Assembly: GCA_051362555.1 (NCBI GenBank)
Contig: CM120648.1
Span: 721,721 to 785,720 of the forward strand
Direction: 5' to 3'
Length of the DNA: 64,000 nucleotides
Source of the DNA: Lingula anatina
Taxonomy: Eukaryota > Animalia > Brachiopoda
Below are positions 12,015 through 25,815 of this stretch, piece after piece. A program made the position numbers and the translations under genes. The notes under the pieces were generated by a model. It worked only from the letters and a program-made list of their open reading frames with translations, was not told the origin of the DNA and did not search any database. Numbering within the stretch: position 1 is the first letter of the stretch; each line of letters starts with the position of its first letter.

Positions 12015-14399
12015 GATGTTTTTTGTACTTTTGGCCCTCAGAGTAGCTTGTATTGTTGTAGCTTGAAATGACAGCTTATCAGAGTAGCACTTAATGAAGG
12101 GGCTCTGTATTTAGTTGATAGGTCTTTAAAGTGGTTTTCATTTAGGCATTGGGGTCCTTTTCACATCAAGGAAGATACTTCACTGATGAGACTTTTCCAA
12201 CTTTTGTCGGAATTCTGACTTTTTCAGGGTCATTAAGGTCATTCTTGTGATTGTGTACCCTGGACCCCCTGGCCAATTTTCCTACTTTTTCAGTGAGGAC
12301 TGGTCTCATCCCTGGTGTTAGTACTTTAGCAGTGTGGTATGTACAGGGACACTTTGAGAGTGAGGTCTTAATGTGTAACTACAGTATAATACCAGGGGGT
12401 TTTACTTGCATCCATATGTTTACTTCCTATTCTTTGAGCAATAGTTGATGATATTGGTTGTGGTGAGCATGATGGCTCCCTTACTTCATAGCAAGACTGT
12501 TAAGATTCCGTTCTCTTAAAGTGTACCACTCAATGTGACAAGCATTTTCTTGATTCAAATGTCTGTTAAAGTTCAGTTGGTGACTGAAGATTATGAAGTT
12601 GCTGGATCTTTACTAGTTATTTGTTTGACTCAAAGTCCTTTTCTAGATCAGAATAATTTTGATTCCAACTTGTTAGATCAATATAATTTTTCTTCCATGC
12701 CTTTAAAAAGTGCTATTTTGATGCAAGCTTGTGATGTCAGCAGCATTTTCTTCTGCTTAATACCCTTCAAAGTGACTGTGTACCATATGTATTGGGCCAT
12801 CCTACAATAAGTGATTCTCTGAACCAATGCAAGTTAGAGTCTTACACATTTAGTGTAATATTTAATGTCGTAGATGGGGCACAGGGGATGGTCTAATTGC
12901 TCCAGGTATTTTAACCCCTCCCCCCTGCCCTTAAATAGCCAATTGATAGTGAAAAGGAAAAGTAGTGGAGTAAAGGAGCTTCTAGATATTTTTATTTTAT
13001 CATTATTATTTATTATTTGGAAAGGTATAAACTTTATCCAAGAATTGGAAATAGAGATTTTTTTTTTTGTTAGTCTGATTAAATAAATTGCCTATTTCTG
13101 ACAGAAATTAATTAATATATATACTTCGTGCACAAATATAGGAAAGTACTAGTAGACTAGTGTGTTGTCATATCTGTAATGAAGTGTGCAATTTTTTTAT
13201 CTCTGATCAAAGAAAGAAATATGTAACACAATTTAGAAGTGCATGATGAAGATTTTATTTTTTATATTTGTTTAACGTATCATTAAGGGAAGTCAGTTTA
13301 ATCTGAATGTAAGAACATTTCATGAATAATGTTCAGACATTATTTGATTATTCTAGTTTGTACAGCGAAAAATGTTTCTTTGAAGATGGGTTAAAAAAGT
13401 AGAATATAAACAGGGAATTCTTTATAAGAATTCAAGTTAATGGAAGACTGCTTTTAACTTCATATTTTTGTAAATTTCTTGTAATTATTTCATGCACTAT
13501 TCAAACATGTATACTTTGCTTGTGTACAGTACAAACATGAATCATTTTGACCCTTTTTATTGATAGTTTCATAGTATTTCTAGTTATATATGATGACAAC
13601 TTTTTTTTTTTTTTTTGTGGGGGGGGGGATAGTTTTATGTATTTAAGAAAACCTATGTTAATCAGCACTCTACATTTAATCGCAGGAGTGGCGATTTCAA
13701 TTCATGAGTATTTTGCTAGGAGAGATCCCAAGTAATCAAAGGTATAATGTCAAAGCTCACAGTGCCTGTCTAATTAGTATTAAAATTTCCCAAGTTGAAA
13801 ACTCTCCTATGTCAGATAGTATTCTATGAGAAGCAAGGATAGTTACATTTATCCACTTTTTGAATTGAAGGGTATCTTGTGCATTTGTAGAAAAAAAGGC
13901 AATTTTGATTGAAATTTAGGGGTGTACTTTTGGAATATTTTTGCTGCTTGGTAGATGTAATTATTATTTTCAGTAGTCTGTGTCTTAATAAGCAAGGTGC
14001 TTGGCTTCTTTTTAGAGGTGACAACCATTGTTTGTGTGCCATATTTGAAAGTGATCTGATACACCTGTTAGCCGTGTTCTTACTAGATTCCACTTAAACA
14101 AGAAGCATGACTCGCTACACCAGACATCCATCCTTAATACATACGTAACCCCCCCTCCCCCACCTTAAGACCCACATACCGTATTTCTGCGTTTCCCATA
14201 TACTTTAGGACTGAAACCCTGCATAGGGCTGAGAGCCCAAAAACAGCTGAGGCCCACATTTAATTTAATTTTTCAAATCGCTGATCGTCCGTTTCATTTT
14301 CGTAGACAACTTCCTGGTTTAAGTTGAATCTGGTGAGAACAGGACGCTGGCAACTCCCAGACCCTTGCAGCAATTTTGCTCTCTTCTCCTACACTCACT

Positions 14400-14450
14400 C
14401 ACGTGACATTAACCCACGTGACACTGTCAACCACGTGACCAGATCACGTG
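14400..14450. promoter_or_regulatory. Cluster of four CACGTG E-boxes (three are CACGTGAC, CLEAR/USF-type)
   Basis: CACGTG at 14400, 14415, 14432 and 14445. Confidence 0.55.
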
Positions 14451-16470
14451 GATACTGACTGACAGAGAGAACGATAATAAAACCTATTTACACTGTTGTG
14501 TTTGATAATTCCTAAGGCAACGAATTTAATGTATAAAATTTTGCTGTATCTACACAACTTTGCGGGTATTCCTTAGCCTAATTGTGAGTCCCCACCGTTG
14601 GCGTCGTGTTATTTGTGCTGGTTGTGATCTGTTTCTGTGTCTGCAGAATGCACTTTGTCATCAACATTTATGTTTCATTGTAACGCCACAAGACGACGCC
14701 AACGCTAGAAAATCGCCCCGATTTTCAGAGTTCTCTGGCAAAGTCGCTCTATCACCAGGAACTATTGTTGGTAGAGATATAATATTATTTCCCAAAGAGC
14801 TAAGGAAGTTTAGATGAGGCACTCCCACCCAATGTAGTACAAGATACTATAGGTTTTGTTCATAAATAGACTAACTTTAGATTGGAAATGGCCTAGCTAT
14901 TATAACCAGATTACGTATAGAGGATCACTTTGCAATACTTTAGAACCCTCTTCAGAGATGAATTTACACGTTCTTAGATTTTGGTACAGTTGTAGCGGAA
15001 CCTGTCAATATCCTTACCTGTCTGCATGCTGAGTTCTTAGAAATTCCTTCAAGACAATCCTAAACCTGTACATATTGTGGAGTCAATTAGCCTATTGTCC
15101 TTCTAAGTAAATTGAGATAGGAGCACAGCCATGGTTGTGTCTTGCCAAAATACAACCAAAATACTAACTGTATATATTTTGCCAAATTAGGTACGTCTTG
15201 CCAAATAAGAGATATATTATGTTAAGACGATGTAAGTTCGATGAAAAGTGATGTTCGCGATGACGTTTTTCGCTGCCCCATTACGGGTCATTTCTAAACT
15301 AGCATGTTATTTTTTTTAAAGAAAACTTTGCTGAACAAACTCATGTGGCTGCTTTTTCATTCTTGTGATTCATCAGACGTACCTATTTTGGCAGACAGGT
15401 CTATTTTGGACTGACATGAACCAGGGGTAAACGTGGGTTTGATGATTCTAAATCCTGTGATATCATTTGTTCAATTTTGCTTTCTATTGAATAAAAGGTG
15501 TTCTTATATGTTGGACTGAGTACTTCTTTTATTTTTTTTAAGAAGTCTGTTTAGAAGGATTATATTTTTCTGTACAATACATCATCAAGAGTGTATTCTT
15601 GATATCATGTACTGTGTTGATAACAATTTTAAAACAGACATTGCATATACAGGAAATTGAGTTCCAATACATAAACATACTAGAGTAAATCAGAAAATGA
15701 GACGTTTTACCAGAATAAAAAAGTAAATAAACATGTGCGTTTTTTACTCTAGAAGGAACACTTAACATAGTGAAAGGTTCTACCGGTACTTACTAATGCT
15801 TCCTCCATGTAAATATTACTAGCTATGAATGCCAAAAATACAATAATTACAATGAAACATATCGGGAATTATAAATCAATCATTTCAATCCAGATCTTAC
15901 GCAGTTATTCTTAGAGGTAGGCTCATTTATGGAACATCTGAGGTGTCTATATTACAATGCATTAATTATCGATATACACAGGTTAAGCTGTCATCTACTC
16001 TAATCAGAAAATATGAGACGCCAACTGTGTAAATAGATACCGACCAATCATTTCATCAAGGTACATGTAAACAAAATGAAAGACAAACGCAATAACTTCT
16101 CAATTATGCCGAAGTACATGTACATAGGACAAAGTAAACTGTATAACGTGTTAAAAAAACGCTTGGTTTCAACACTATATTATTATACAAACCTATAGAG
16201 AATTAAAAAAATTAAGCTCGTGTTTTACAAACACGTGATATTGTGACGTCACTGTATTCGGTATAACGTAAAACCATGCCTACATCAGCCTTTACATGAC
16301 GCGCATATTGATAACGAATGAAACTATATCAACTTTAGATGTCTTACAGGAAAGTACAAATCTTCTCTGCTTTTCTTGACTACCAAACTAAATTAACCTC
16401 GAAAAAAACAAAATCTGTTTGTTATCCTTAACTATTCCTATGCGCTGGAGTCGCCAATTATTACAAGAGA

Positions 16471-18662
16471 CTAGAGACGGACCAGGAATTGTAAACAAAT
16501 GCCTTGCAGCACTACCATCAGGGCTGTATATAGCGCTGACAGGTGACGTGAAGTCCTACCGGATGCATTACATGGATCTGGATTGCCGGTCGGACGTGAG
16601 GAGGTTAACATTCCTGATTCAAGTTCATAAAGGAGTGCCCCCAATGTCCATGCTGAAGTGTAAGAAGCAGGCTAGATTACAGAACCAGCAACTAGCAAAG
16701 TAGGCCCATATTTGCTGATGCGCAACGTGTTAAAAAACAAGGAGTAACGGATTTAACATTCAATGATCAAAAACTGCAGACAGTTGCTTGAGCTGGTACA
16801 AAGCATAAGGCTCTCATTCTCATCCAAACCGAAGCCCCGTCGTGACATTTGAACGATTTGTGAAAGAGAACATATTTTTCCAAACCAGATATCTCCTCTT
16901 GAAAAAAACATTTCCTATACAGGAATGGCCTGCTGCAACAATTCCGTTCTTTACCTCTTCATCTTGGTCCCTGACCTTTGCCGCCCCCCTCCCCCAGCCC
17001 TCTTTCTCTACGCGGAGGAAATGGCTTAGCGAGTGACTTTAACTTCGCAAACTAAGGAAAGAAAACACTCACCAATTCCTTTTCCGTCGACGTCATTGGT
17101 TGCTATCACCTGGGTGCTGTCGCTATGGAAACCGTACGATCTTTGCAGTAACATGGGGAGGTAAAGGCCCATCATGGCGTAGGCCGAAGCGTACTGTCGT
17201 CTGCTTTCCCCTATTTGCTCAATGGCTTCTGTCAGATTCTTCAAAAGTGCAAGATATCGAAATAAAACTAGACGCATGTGTTTTTTTCCCCACAAATCAC
17301 GAAACGCAGAAATACAGTAATGTGATTACACAATCTTTTTGAAATAGGGCATAAAATAACTATAAGCAACAGGCCTTCTGAAACGATTTTTATCGTTCAT
17401 CTTTACTTTCAAATTGAAACTTGTAGCAGGAATGGCAGGAAAAAAGTTGCAGAGGCTCCAAATTGGGCTTATGGGAGACAAGAATATATCAATATAAATT
17501 TGAACTTTTCTCCTTACTTTTTGTGTATACAACAGTGCCTTTTCCCGCAATATCCGCGGTGTGAGCGTCCGATCGTCTTCCAAGGCACCTAAAGCCGCTG
17601 GTGCATAAACGTAAGCGGAGACAGCCGTAAATAACATGTGTTCAGGCAAAACCGGCTGATAGATGTCGCCAATGGCGCATGGTTTTGGATAACAAAATTC
17701 TGTTGGTGTTTGGCGCTGGAACGTCTCCAAGATGGCCTCACAGGCAGTGCTGTTACCCGTACCAATGAACTGAAGAGAATCTGTGTCCGTTCTGTTAGGG
17801 GCTGGTTGATGTTTTACGTCGCCTTGAAAAGAAAGGTCAAGGTTCAAATTAAAGTTTAAAATGCATTAAAAGAGAATGTCCTTTAATCAGGGGATTAGAC
17901 GTTTATAAGAAAAGACTCAAGAAGATAATCCATAAAGTCCAACAGGGATTGAATTATGCAAAAAAAAAGGCCATTCCTCATACCTGTAAGCATCAATTTT
18001 CAAATGGAGGGCTCTTTTTATGAAGAACAGGGACCTTGGTTGACCCAGCGTGAAAAATGGCTGAGAAAACACATCAAATTTTATTTCAGAGTGGATCCTT
18101 TTCGCACAAAAGGGCGAGATTTGACGTTATGAACAACGCAAACATCCAATCTGCTCACCCCAGGACATCCATCACATCACATCCATTGGGTCTCAACTAT
18201 CGCAATCTCTCTCTCCGCACGCCCGTGTGTGCTTCACTGTTAACAGTAAGACTGTTTAGAGAAACAAAATGTCAATTTAAGCACTACTAAGGCTACATAA
18301 TAAGATTCCCGTATTTAAGTCAGTAAAATAGACATCTTTACCGGCCTTTCTGCCACTTTTTTCAGTATAAAACTCCTTGCACACAGAAACCACTAACCTG
18401 TCAGCATACAGGGGTCCTCCAGTTCTGTAGAGCCCGGAGATTCAGCGGCCAGGAATGCCTTCACCCTGATATCCATGTAGTTGGCCCCGAAGTACAAGTA
18501 ACTGTGGGCGTACAGTGGATACTTCTCGCCCGCCATGGACACGTAGAATTTGTTGGCCAGGATGGGCGTGGTCGGGATGAAGGCAATCTGTGTGGAGGCC
18601 CCACCCATCTCTAGAATACCGTGGGTGTCACTGTATGGTCTGTAGGAGGGAAAAAAGTGACT

Positions 18663-18713
<51 letters not shown>

Positions 18714-21363
18714 TTGTTTGTTTGTTTGTTTGTTTGCACAGTACTTTAATAATACGAGATATTCATATAATACTACCTACATGTACCCAATTTTCACGAA
18801 TCCTCATCAACCATCACTTCTTACCTTCCTTTGCCGAAGTATTCCCTGAGATAGTTGACGGTGATCCACGTGTAGACGCCCTCCTCCTCCCCCGAGAGGA
18901 CACGTGCCTGGTCTCGATGCTGGAAGAGGAACGGGCAGGCCGTCTTGTTGGAAAATATGCCGCGGACTTCAGTGAAGAGCTGACTTGACTGTGCCGCATC
19001 AACAAGCCTAAGACCTGGAATGAGAAGTAGATTGAAATAAGGAAATAAAACTTTGTAGAATTATCACATTCAAATCCTTTACATGTTTAAGGGAGAAGTA
19101 AAGATGACCACACGCACACACACACACAGAGGGAGAGAGAGAGAGGGAGGGGGAAGGGGCTGATAATTATACTCTGTATTTCATAAAAAGTTGGTGCTTG
19201 CAGCTGTTATGCATCCACCTTGCTAATGATCGTCACTTGTTTAATATCTCAAGTGCAAATTGATGATGCACATGTTTGTTTAGAGGGGACGAATTGATAT
19301 TGAAAAATAGTTCGGATATTTTTTACATGATTGTCGATTGTCCACGACATGCCTCATTCAAAATATTCTCTTCTCTGAGAGAATATTTCGACACAAGCTT
19401 TCGCGCCTTAACCTGGTTTTGTACAACACTTTCATAATTATCGACATTTTTTGACAATAACACACATAAATCATTGATACAGTATAATAGGGGCTTACAA
19501 GCTTTGATAAACGAATTCCCCACTTTTATTATTAACGGCGCGGAAATAGCACAGGAAATCAGCACATGGTTTTTGCTACATGAAGACTATGTAGTATAAC
19601 GTACATTGAGTGAAAATATGAACGCCCCATGTTAATTATTTATGTAACATGTAATAGGCTACAGGCAGTATTAACAGTACGGATAGTAATCTTACTGTTG
19701 CTTCGGACACTACGGACAGTAATTAATCTGTATCACGTTGAAGAACAAAATTCACTTTGCATGATTTAATTAATATATGACGTTGAGCGTTTATATTTTT
19801 ACTCAGTGTAGATAAAAGATGATAATTTGGCGTAATACCAATTACACAACTTCAGGTTCATATTCACATTGAGCGGTATATTTTAGCGATAGTTTCTGTA
19901 CCGAAATACACTCTGCGAGATTGCCATTTTCTAAAGTTTTAACAGCCTGTATGGCTATTACACGAAGATCCCGAGCTTTTCAGTGCCAATTAATGAACAT
20001 AAAAGATACTAAAACAGTGAGAAGCGAGCTTGTGAAACGGAATAAAAACCCGTGCTGCAATTGTATTTCTCAGAAGAGCTCTTAAAGCGTACTGGTATAT
20101 ACCTACGCTCTGCATTGCTTCTTAGTATCTCACACGATGTGTGAAGGCAACGTGTTGAAGGTACTCATTAAATAGAACAGTGACACACCGGTGTAAAACA
20201 ATATGTCCACACCAAGAAGATTGACGAGGAGGAAGAAATGAGATCTCTAATTTGCACACATGCGGGCAGCAATCAGCTGTCTTTTTTCTTGGCCTTGGGT
20301 CCCAGACATATTGGTTCAAGGACTAACTACTCTTCTCTGTCACTGGTGAAGTTAACTCAGGGGGCAGTACTGGGGGGGGGGGAATACTGGGGGGGGGGGC
20401 ACAACAATTTGCCCTAAGAATATACAACAATAGACGACGCCATTTTTACTTTAATATGTACGACACTATAGTATGGAACAGTACGTTAATTAGTTGTTTT
20501 TCCTTTCGCTCGTTATACCGGTACGCGCGTACATTTTGGGGGTGGGGTGGGGAGAAGGGAGTATTTCAGACGCCAAGGGTTCACACATGCCTCTGTGCCG
20601 TTCCCTCCATCCACCACTGCGTGCCACTTGACCATCTTGCCCCCAGGTTTTTGTTCCACCTCAGAACACGTATATACACATACCGAGTTGGGCATCTGGG
20701 CAGCATGGCCGTGTTTGAAAATAGACTTCAAACTGGCCACCAGCGCATATGATCAAAGGCGGCAGCGAGAGTGCGTGGAAGCTTTTAACAACTTTCCTGA
20801 ACGCAGAAAGCAGAAACACTATACCACCCCCATCCTCTTGCCCTCTGATATTATAGGGACTTCCAAAATAGTTTATAAACTGAATGCAATAATTTTGCAA
20901 CAGACCACTGGTGCACCCTGTGGTCGGAGAATATCATCCCATCACCATCGCTATTTTTCTGATTTTAATAATAATAATAATTTATTGAGCATTAAAATGT
21001 GTACAGTTACATTTTACAAGCTCTCTTAACTAAAGTTTTAAATAAATTGTGCACATAAGCTTAAATAAGTATAACTACTTTAGATCATTCAATTACCAAA
21101 ATACATGTAAGCTAACTACTTCATACATATTGCTCACAATATAGCTTATTCATACATATAGGTTATTAATAATTAGACCCTACCTTAATTAAATGAGCTT
21201 TCTATTCGCTTGATAAACCAAGATATGCCAGATATGTTGTTTACTGATTTAACGATAGAACTATGCAAATACCTTACACGTGCGGAACGAAAACAAGTCA
21301 ATCACTTTTATTAATGACTGTATGCATCAGATGAGAGAAACGGCTGGAGATAAATTGAAGATG

Positions 21364-21400
<37 letters not shown>

Positions 21401-21456
21401 GGGGTGGGGCAGAGAGAGAAAGAGAAAGACCATGGTGTATTGAATTCTAAGGTTAG

Positions 21457-21507
<51 letters not shown>

Positions 21508-22159
21508 TTAATCAATAAGGGAAAGGTCACTGACTTAATCCATTGAGCATCTACCATTTGGCATTCAAAATAAAGTACACAACGCTTAAGAAATCAATTG
21601 ACACTTACCAGCTGCGTTGGCAAGTGCTTGCAGTCGGTTAACTGTATTAAAGCGGTATAGTATATCTATGCAGCTTTAACTTGACAATGTTTAAAAAAGG
21701 CAAATTCTGCGTTGACGATGTGTATTGACTGACAGTTATTCAAAATTGTTTCGAGGTAAAGCACTAAGTATATAAGCAGCAAACCGTAACGAGGCGTAAT
21801 TAACCGTCCTTACCGGCTGTAGACATCAGGTATATCGGCGTTGTGGGCCATTGGGCCCGGGGGACCAGTTCTTGCGCCCTGAGAAGCAGCGGCCTCAGGT
21901 ATTCTGCCACCTCCGTCAACCTGGTGGCGAACTCGGCAAGACCCGGCTTCACTCGAAGATTTCCTATCTCCACCACTCGGGGCAAGGAGTCCTCGTACTG
22001 AACGCTGTAGACTCGCACTCGGCTTCCAGAGCTGCCGGCGTCTATCACGATGCCATGGGTTAATCCAGGGGTGGAGGAGGAGGTGGAGGGCGCCGGGGAG
22101 GTCCGTTGAAGAAGACAGGTAATCAGGCACAACGCGGATAGGACTTGTAACCCGTCCAT
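16471..22159 (-). CDS. Ectonucleoside triphosphate diphosphohydrolase (GDA1/CD39 family, apyrase), ~476 aa; exons 22159-21814, 19014-18825, 18639-18398, 17822-17518, 17238-17073, 16652-16471
   Basis: All five apyrase conserved regions are present: IDAGSSGSR, STAGLRL, SGEEEG..WITVNY, EMGGASTQ and WTLGALLY. GT-AG junctions are in frame (total 1431 nt). There is an N-terminal signal peptide and a hydrophobic C-terminus. Confidence 0.92.
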
Positions 22160-23223
22160 TGGGAGCTAAGAGTGGAGGCTCTGGCTAGGTCGATGGGAAC
22201 AGTACCCAGGCCGTTGGCAGTCACCTCTCTGGCTAGAATCAGAAGCAGAATCAGAACATGCTACAAAGTTCATCACACATAACGGCAGGCGTGCTATGAG
22301 AGTGAAGACTGATGTAGCCAAAGTTTAATTGTAACCTCAACATTGCTCACATACATGTATTACAACTTGGGTAAAGTCCTTAAAGCCCTTCGCGTTCTTT
22401 CTGTGTAAATCTGCGTCGCTCGATGGACGGCGACTCTGACGAGAATTTATGGCTTTACCTACATATCAGACACGGTGTATCTGAAAATCAAAGCAGTTAT
22501 AGGCATCTCATCTCTGAATCTTATTACTCGATGCTTTGTTTTTATGTATCATTCTGCTACATTCTTGACATATCAGCTGAACCTCGGTAGCACGGGAGCG
22601 TAACCAAACATCTGTCGCTAGCCCAACCCTGGCGAATGTTAAGGCTCAATATAAACAATGAAATGCGGAGTTCGTAGAAAGGAAGTCTTACTGTGGAAAA
22701 GATAGGATAAGGAAATGTTATGGTAATCTTACACTGGCTCTGGTTTGTTTTGCTGAACCGGCGATACACGACATAAGTGGGCATAGTCAGTGATATTTTT
22801 GCGTACCGAGGCCAGTTTACACAGGCCTCAATGAAATCGGTTCTTGCCGAAACTCATGAGAAGGAATTTAGAGACCGTCGGCCTAAAACGCTCGTTTTTT
22901 CTGTGATGTTTTTTCCACTCTCCCCCATGTTACAATACAATATTCTTAATCAGCAGGTTGAACCAACAGTTTTAACAGTTAAAGGTAATTTTAAACACCG
23001 AGCACGTAAGTTCACGAATATCGTGTCTGTTAAGGCGTCGTTTTATTGTGGCATGGGTCTGCATCTGCCTAAATTGCAAAAAAAAAAAAAGGACCAATAA
23101 GCAGAGAGTGCCCTAAATAAAATGTAGCAGGGAAAACCTTCAATGGTCAACTACTGGCAAAAAAAAAAAAAAAAAAAAAAAAAAACAGTTCGGTTTGCCC
23201 TAATAACTTACTAAGACTACGAC

Positions 23224-23440
23224 CCCATTCCCATAGATTTTAGATCGATCTATCCCTGTGGAGAGTCTCACTAGATTACTGTCAGCTTAGCCGGCTTAAG
23301 CGTCTGTCCCGCCTACTAAAAGCTGTAAGGGGTAATTAACTATTGTGCGCGCACGGCTGACTGCAATTTAGCGTGAACCCCCAGGGAGTTAGGTCGATCT
23401 AAATCTTAATCTCTGGATCGATCTAAATCTATGGGAATGC
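23224..23440. mobile_element. Harbinger-type MITE family A copy
   Basis: Inverted ends CATTCCCATAGATTT..AGATCGATC / GATCGATCTAAATCTATGGGAATG and a central GGTAATTAA motif. Related copies lie at ~9712-9910, 26836-27088 and 52664-52883, with fragments at ~34770-34920, 11288-11441, ~47270 and ~58945. Confidence 0.75.
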
Positions 23441-24100
23441 ACTCTTAATCTTACCTAGAGAAACCCTAACTAAAAACTCCAATTCTCACTAGCCATTCTA
23501 GCTAATTTTTACTCTTATTCATTTACGGCTTAGTGCACTACAAAGATACAATGAGCGTGTAGGATTACTTTTTTATTACTTTTGATTTTGTTCCAATTTG
23601 AAGGGGAATTTAATTTGTATAGAAGATAAACAATATATACTGGTTCAAGTTATAGAATTATGCAAATCACTGACGGGACTCAAGATAAAATTTTTTTGTT
23701 TTCGGTGTTTTCTTCTCGACTATTTTCCACTCACTGGCCCTTTCCGTACATATCCTAGCCTTATGTTTGTAATATGGTGTTATATAACAGCACAATGTAC
23801 TGTCTGACCTACATATTTGGTTAATAAAACGTCTGGAATATATCGGAAGCTAGAAATTCATTCATTTTTCTCTTTTCACAAAACCATCCTTATACTGCAA
23901 TATGGCTATACATTCAATTTTAATATTGGGAAGCGGACAAAACCAGCATTGGACAAGTTTTGCATGAAAGATTGCAGTTTTACCTTCGTTATTAGACATC
24001 TGAGCAAAATGTAAGCGAGGTAATTAACACTTATATTTCTGTCGTTGAAATGTACAGGATACAATTTAAATTCTGTCAAGCAAATTTGAAGGGTGGTAAT

Positions 24101-25341
24101 TACGGAGCTTTGTTAGTATCATATTAACTTTTTTTTATTTTCATTTAAGTTTTATTTTATGGAATTTTCACCGCGGTGAAAATTATTTTCACCGCGGTGA
24201 AAATAATTTACACCGCGGTGGAAAATAATTTTCACCGCGGTGGAAAATAATTTTCACCGCGGTGGAAAATAATTTTCACCGCGGTGGAAAATAATTTTCA
24301 CCGCGGTGGAAAATAATTTTCACCGCGGTGGTAATTCCTGGCCATCTCGGCCCGGGTGATGCATACATGTAGTATATGCGAATCCAAAATTTACCAGATG
24401 TCTGGGAAGGAAGTTGATTAAGACAAGCACATGCACATGCACGCGGTTTAACCGGTCTATGTGCCAATCATCCCAGGAATGTGGAGGAAGCGGGCAGTAT
24501 TCGAATAGATTAAAAACCACCGAAATGCTGCAATGTTGTACGTCGTTTTTCCCTTTATAATAACTTGCGTATTATTGGGGATATTGGTAGAAAGAAACCT
24601 CTCCGAAGAAACCGAGATTACATCTATTAAGATAAGATCTATGGGCAAACACATCACACGAATATTTAAAAATACATTGTCCAAAAATAACATTAAAGGG
24701 ATAATAACTCTTCGTATGAGATCTATATTTCACAATAAAAACCTTGTGAATAACTCATAGAAATATAATTTATTCTGTTTTACCACAAAAACAGCAGTTA
24801 TAGCTTTTATTCTGATATCTGAACTTGTCTTTAGACCACGTGACCTCCATTGATGGCTATACTCTGTTAAAATCTCTTAAGAGATTTTAACAAAAAACCA
24901 AACTTTTTAGAAAAAAACCAGGGACTAACTTTGAATGTAAAAATGGATTCATTAACCATTGGTAAGTATGGGAAAATTGTTGTTTACTCCAGGAAAATTC
25001 ATTTTTTGGCCGAAACAAAGAGTTATTATTGCTTTAAGTATTTAGTAATTACAATGGGATTCCCTTTGCATAAAACTGCAAGCGGGACTTTAATTATATA
25101 GGTGGTAAATATAGATGGGAAACCTAAGTTAACGGCAGTGGCCCCACGAACAGATCCTCCAACCTTGTGTGTATGTAACAATAGTATGCACCGTGACGGC
25201 ATCTGGCAAATGTAAGGTTCTCATTAACTATTCATCACCCGGGCCGAGATGGCCAGGAATTACCACCGCGGTGAAAATTCCATAAAATAAAACTTAAATG
25301 AAAATAAAAAAAAGTTAATATGATACTAACAAAGCTCCGTA
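24101..25341. mobile_element. Non-autonomous DNA transposon with ~110-bp TIRs and 6-bp TSD
   Basis: 24101-24361 is the reverse complement of 25233-25341, apart from a tandem expansion in the left arm. GGTAAT flanks both sides (24095-24100 and 25342-25347). Confidence 0.85.
24165..24330. repeat. 21-22-bp tandem array of 8 palindromic CACCGCGGTG cores
   Basis: Cores at 24169, 24190, 24211, 24233, 24255, 24277, 24299 and 24321, separated by near-identical A/T linkers. Confidence 0.95.
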
Positions 25342-25658
25342 GGTAATGGCTTAATTAGTTATCTTCCATCTAAAGGATGAGCTCGTAGAATATATGGTGT
25401 TATACGCCTCTCACACGCATCCCCACGCGTCTGGTCGAATGGAGCCGAGATTTAATTACTGTACCCCTGGGGAGGCGTGTGAGAGGCGGAGAGACCGTTT
25501 CAGGATTAAACGGTCTTCTTTTCATGTAGGGTCCGCCATATTTGATCCTTGGATCAGTTGATACTCGGATCTTCTATTCTGAATGGCACCATTATTAAGA
25601 TTACTTCAATTTATAGAATCGACTTACTCTTCTCTATTGCATTTTTCCATGTCTGACA

Positions 25659-25815
25659 ACGGAACACGAAAACTTATAATACCGTCTCTCACAACGGAAC
25701 ACAAAACTTATCTCACTACGAAACATCGAAACTTACCGTGTCTCAATACAGAATATGAAAACTTATGCCGTGTCTCAATATGAAACACGAAACTTACCGT
25801 ATCTCACTACAGGAA
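25659..25815. repeat. Degenerate ~30-bp minisatellite
   Basis: Recurring AACACGAAACTTA(C)CGT.TCTCA.TAC units. Confidence 0.6.

Noticed and set aside
17984-18060. Extra 77-nt minus-strand exon in NTPDase intron 3
   Set aside because: It has splice-like ends but introduces a stop, and exons 3 and 4 already join in frame. A poison exon cannot be supported without RNA data.
20456-21029. Overlapping ORFs up to 160 aa in NTPDase intron 1
   Set aside because: No recognisable domain or consistent splice structure.
24165-24330. CRISPR-like array of palindromic repeats
   Set aside because: The linkers are ~11-12 bp and nearly identical rather than unique spacers. There are no cas genes, the context is eukaryotic, and the array lies inside a TIR.
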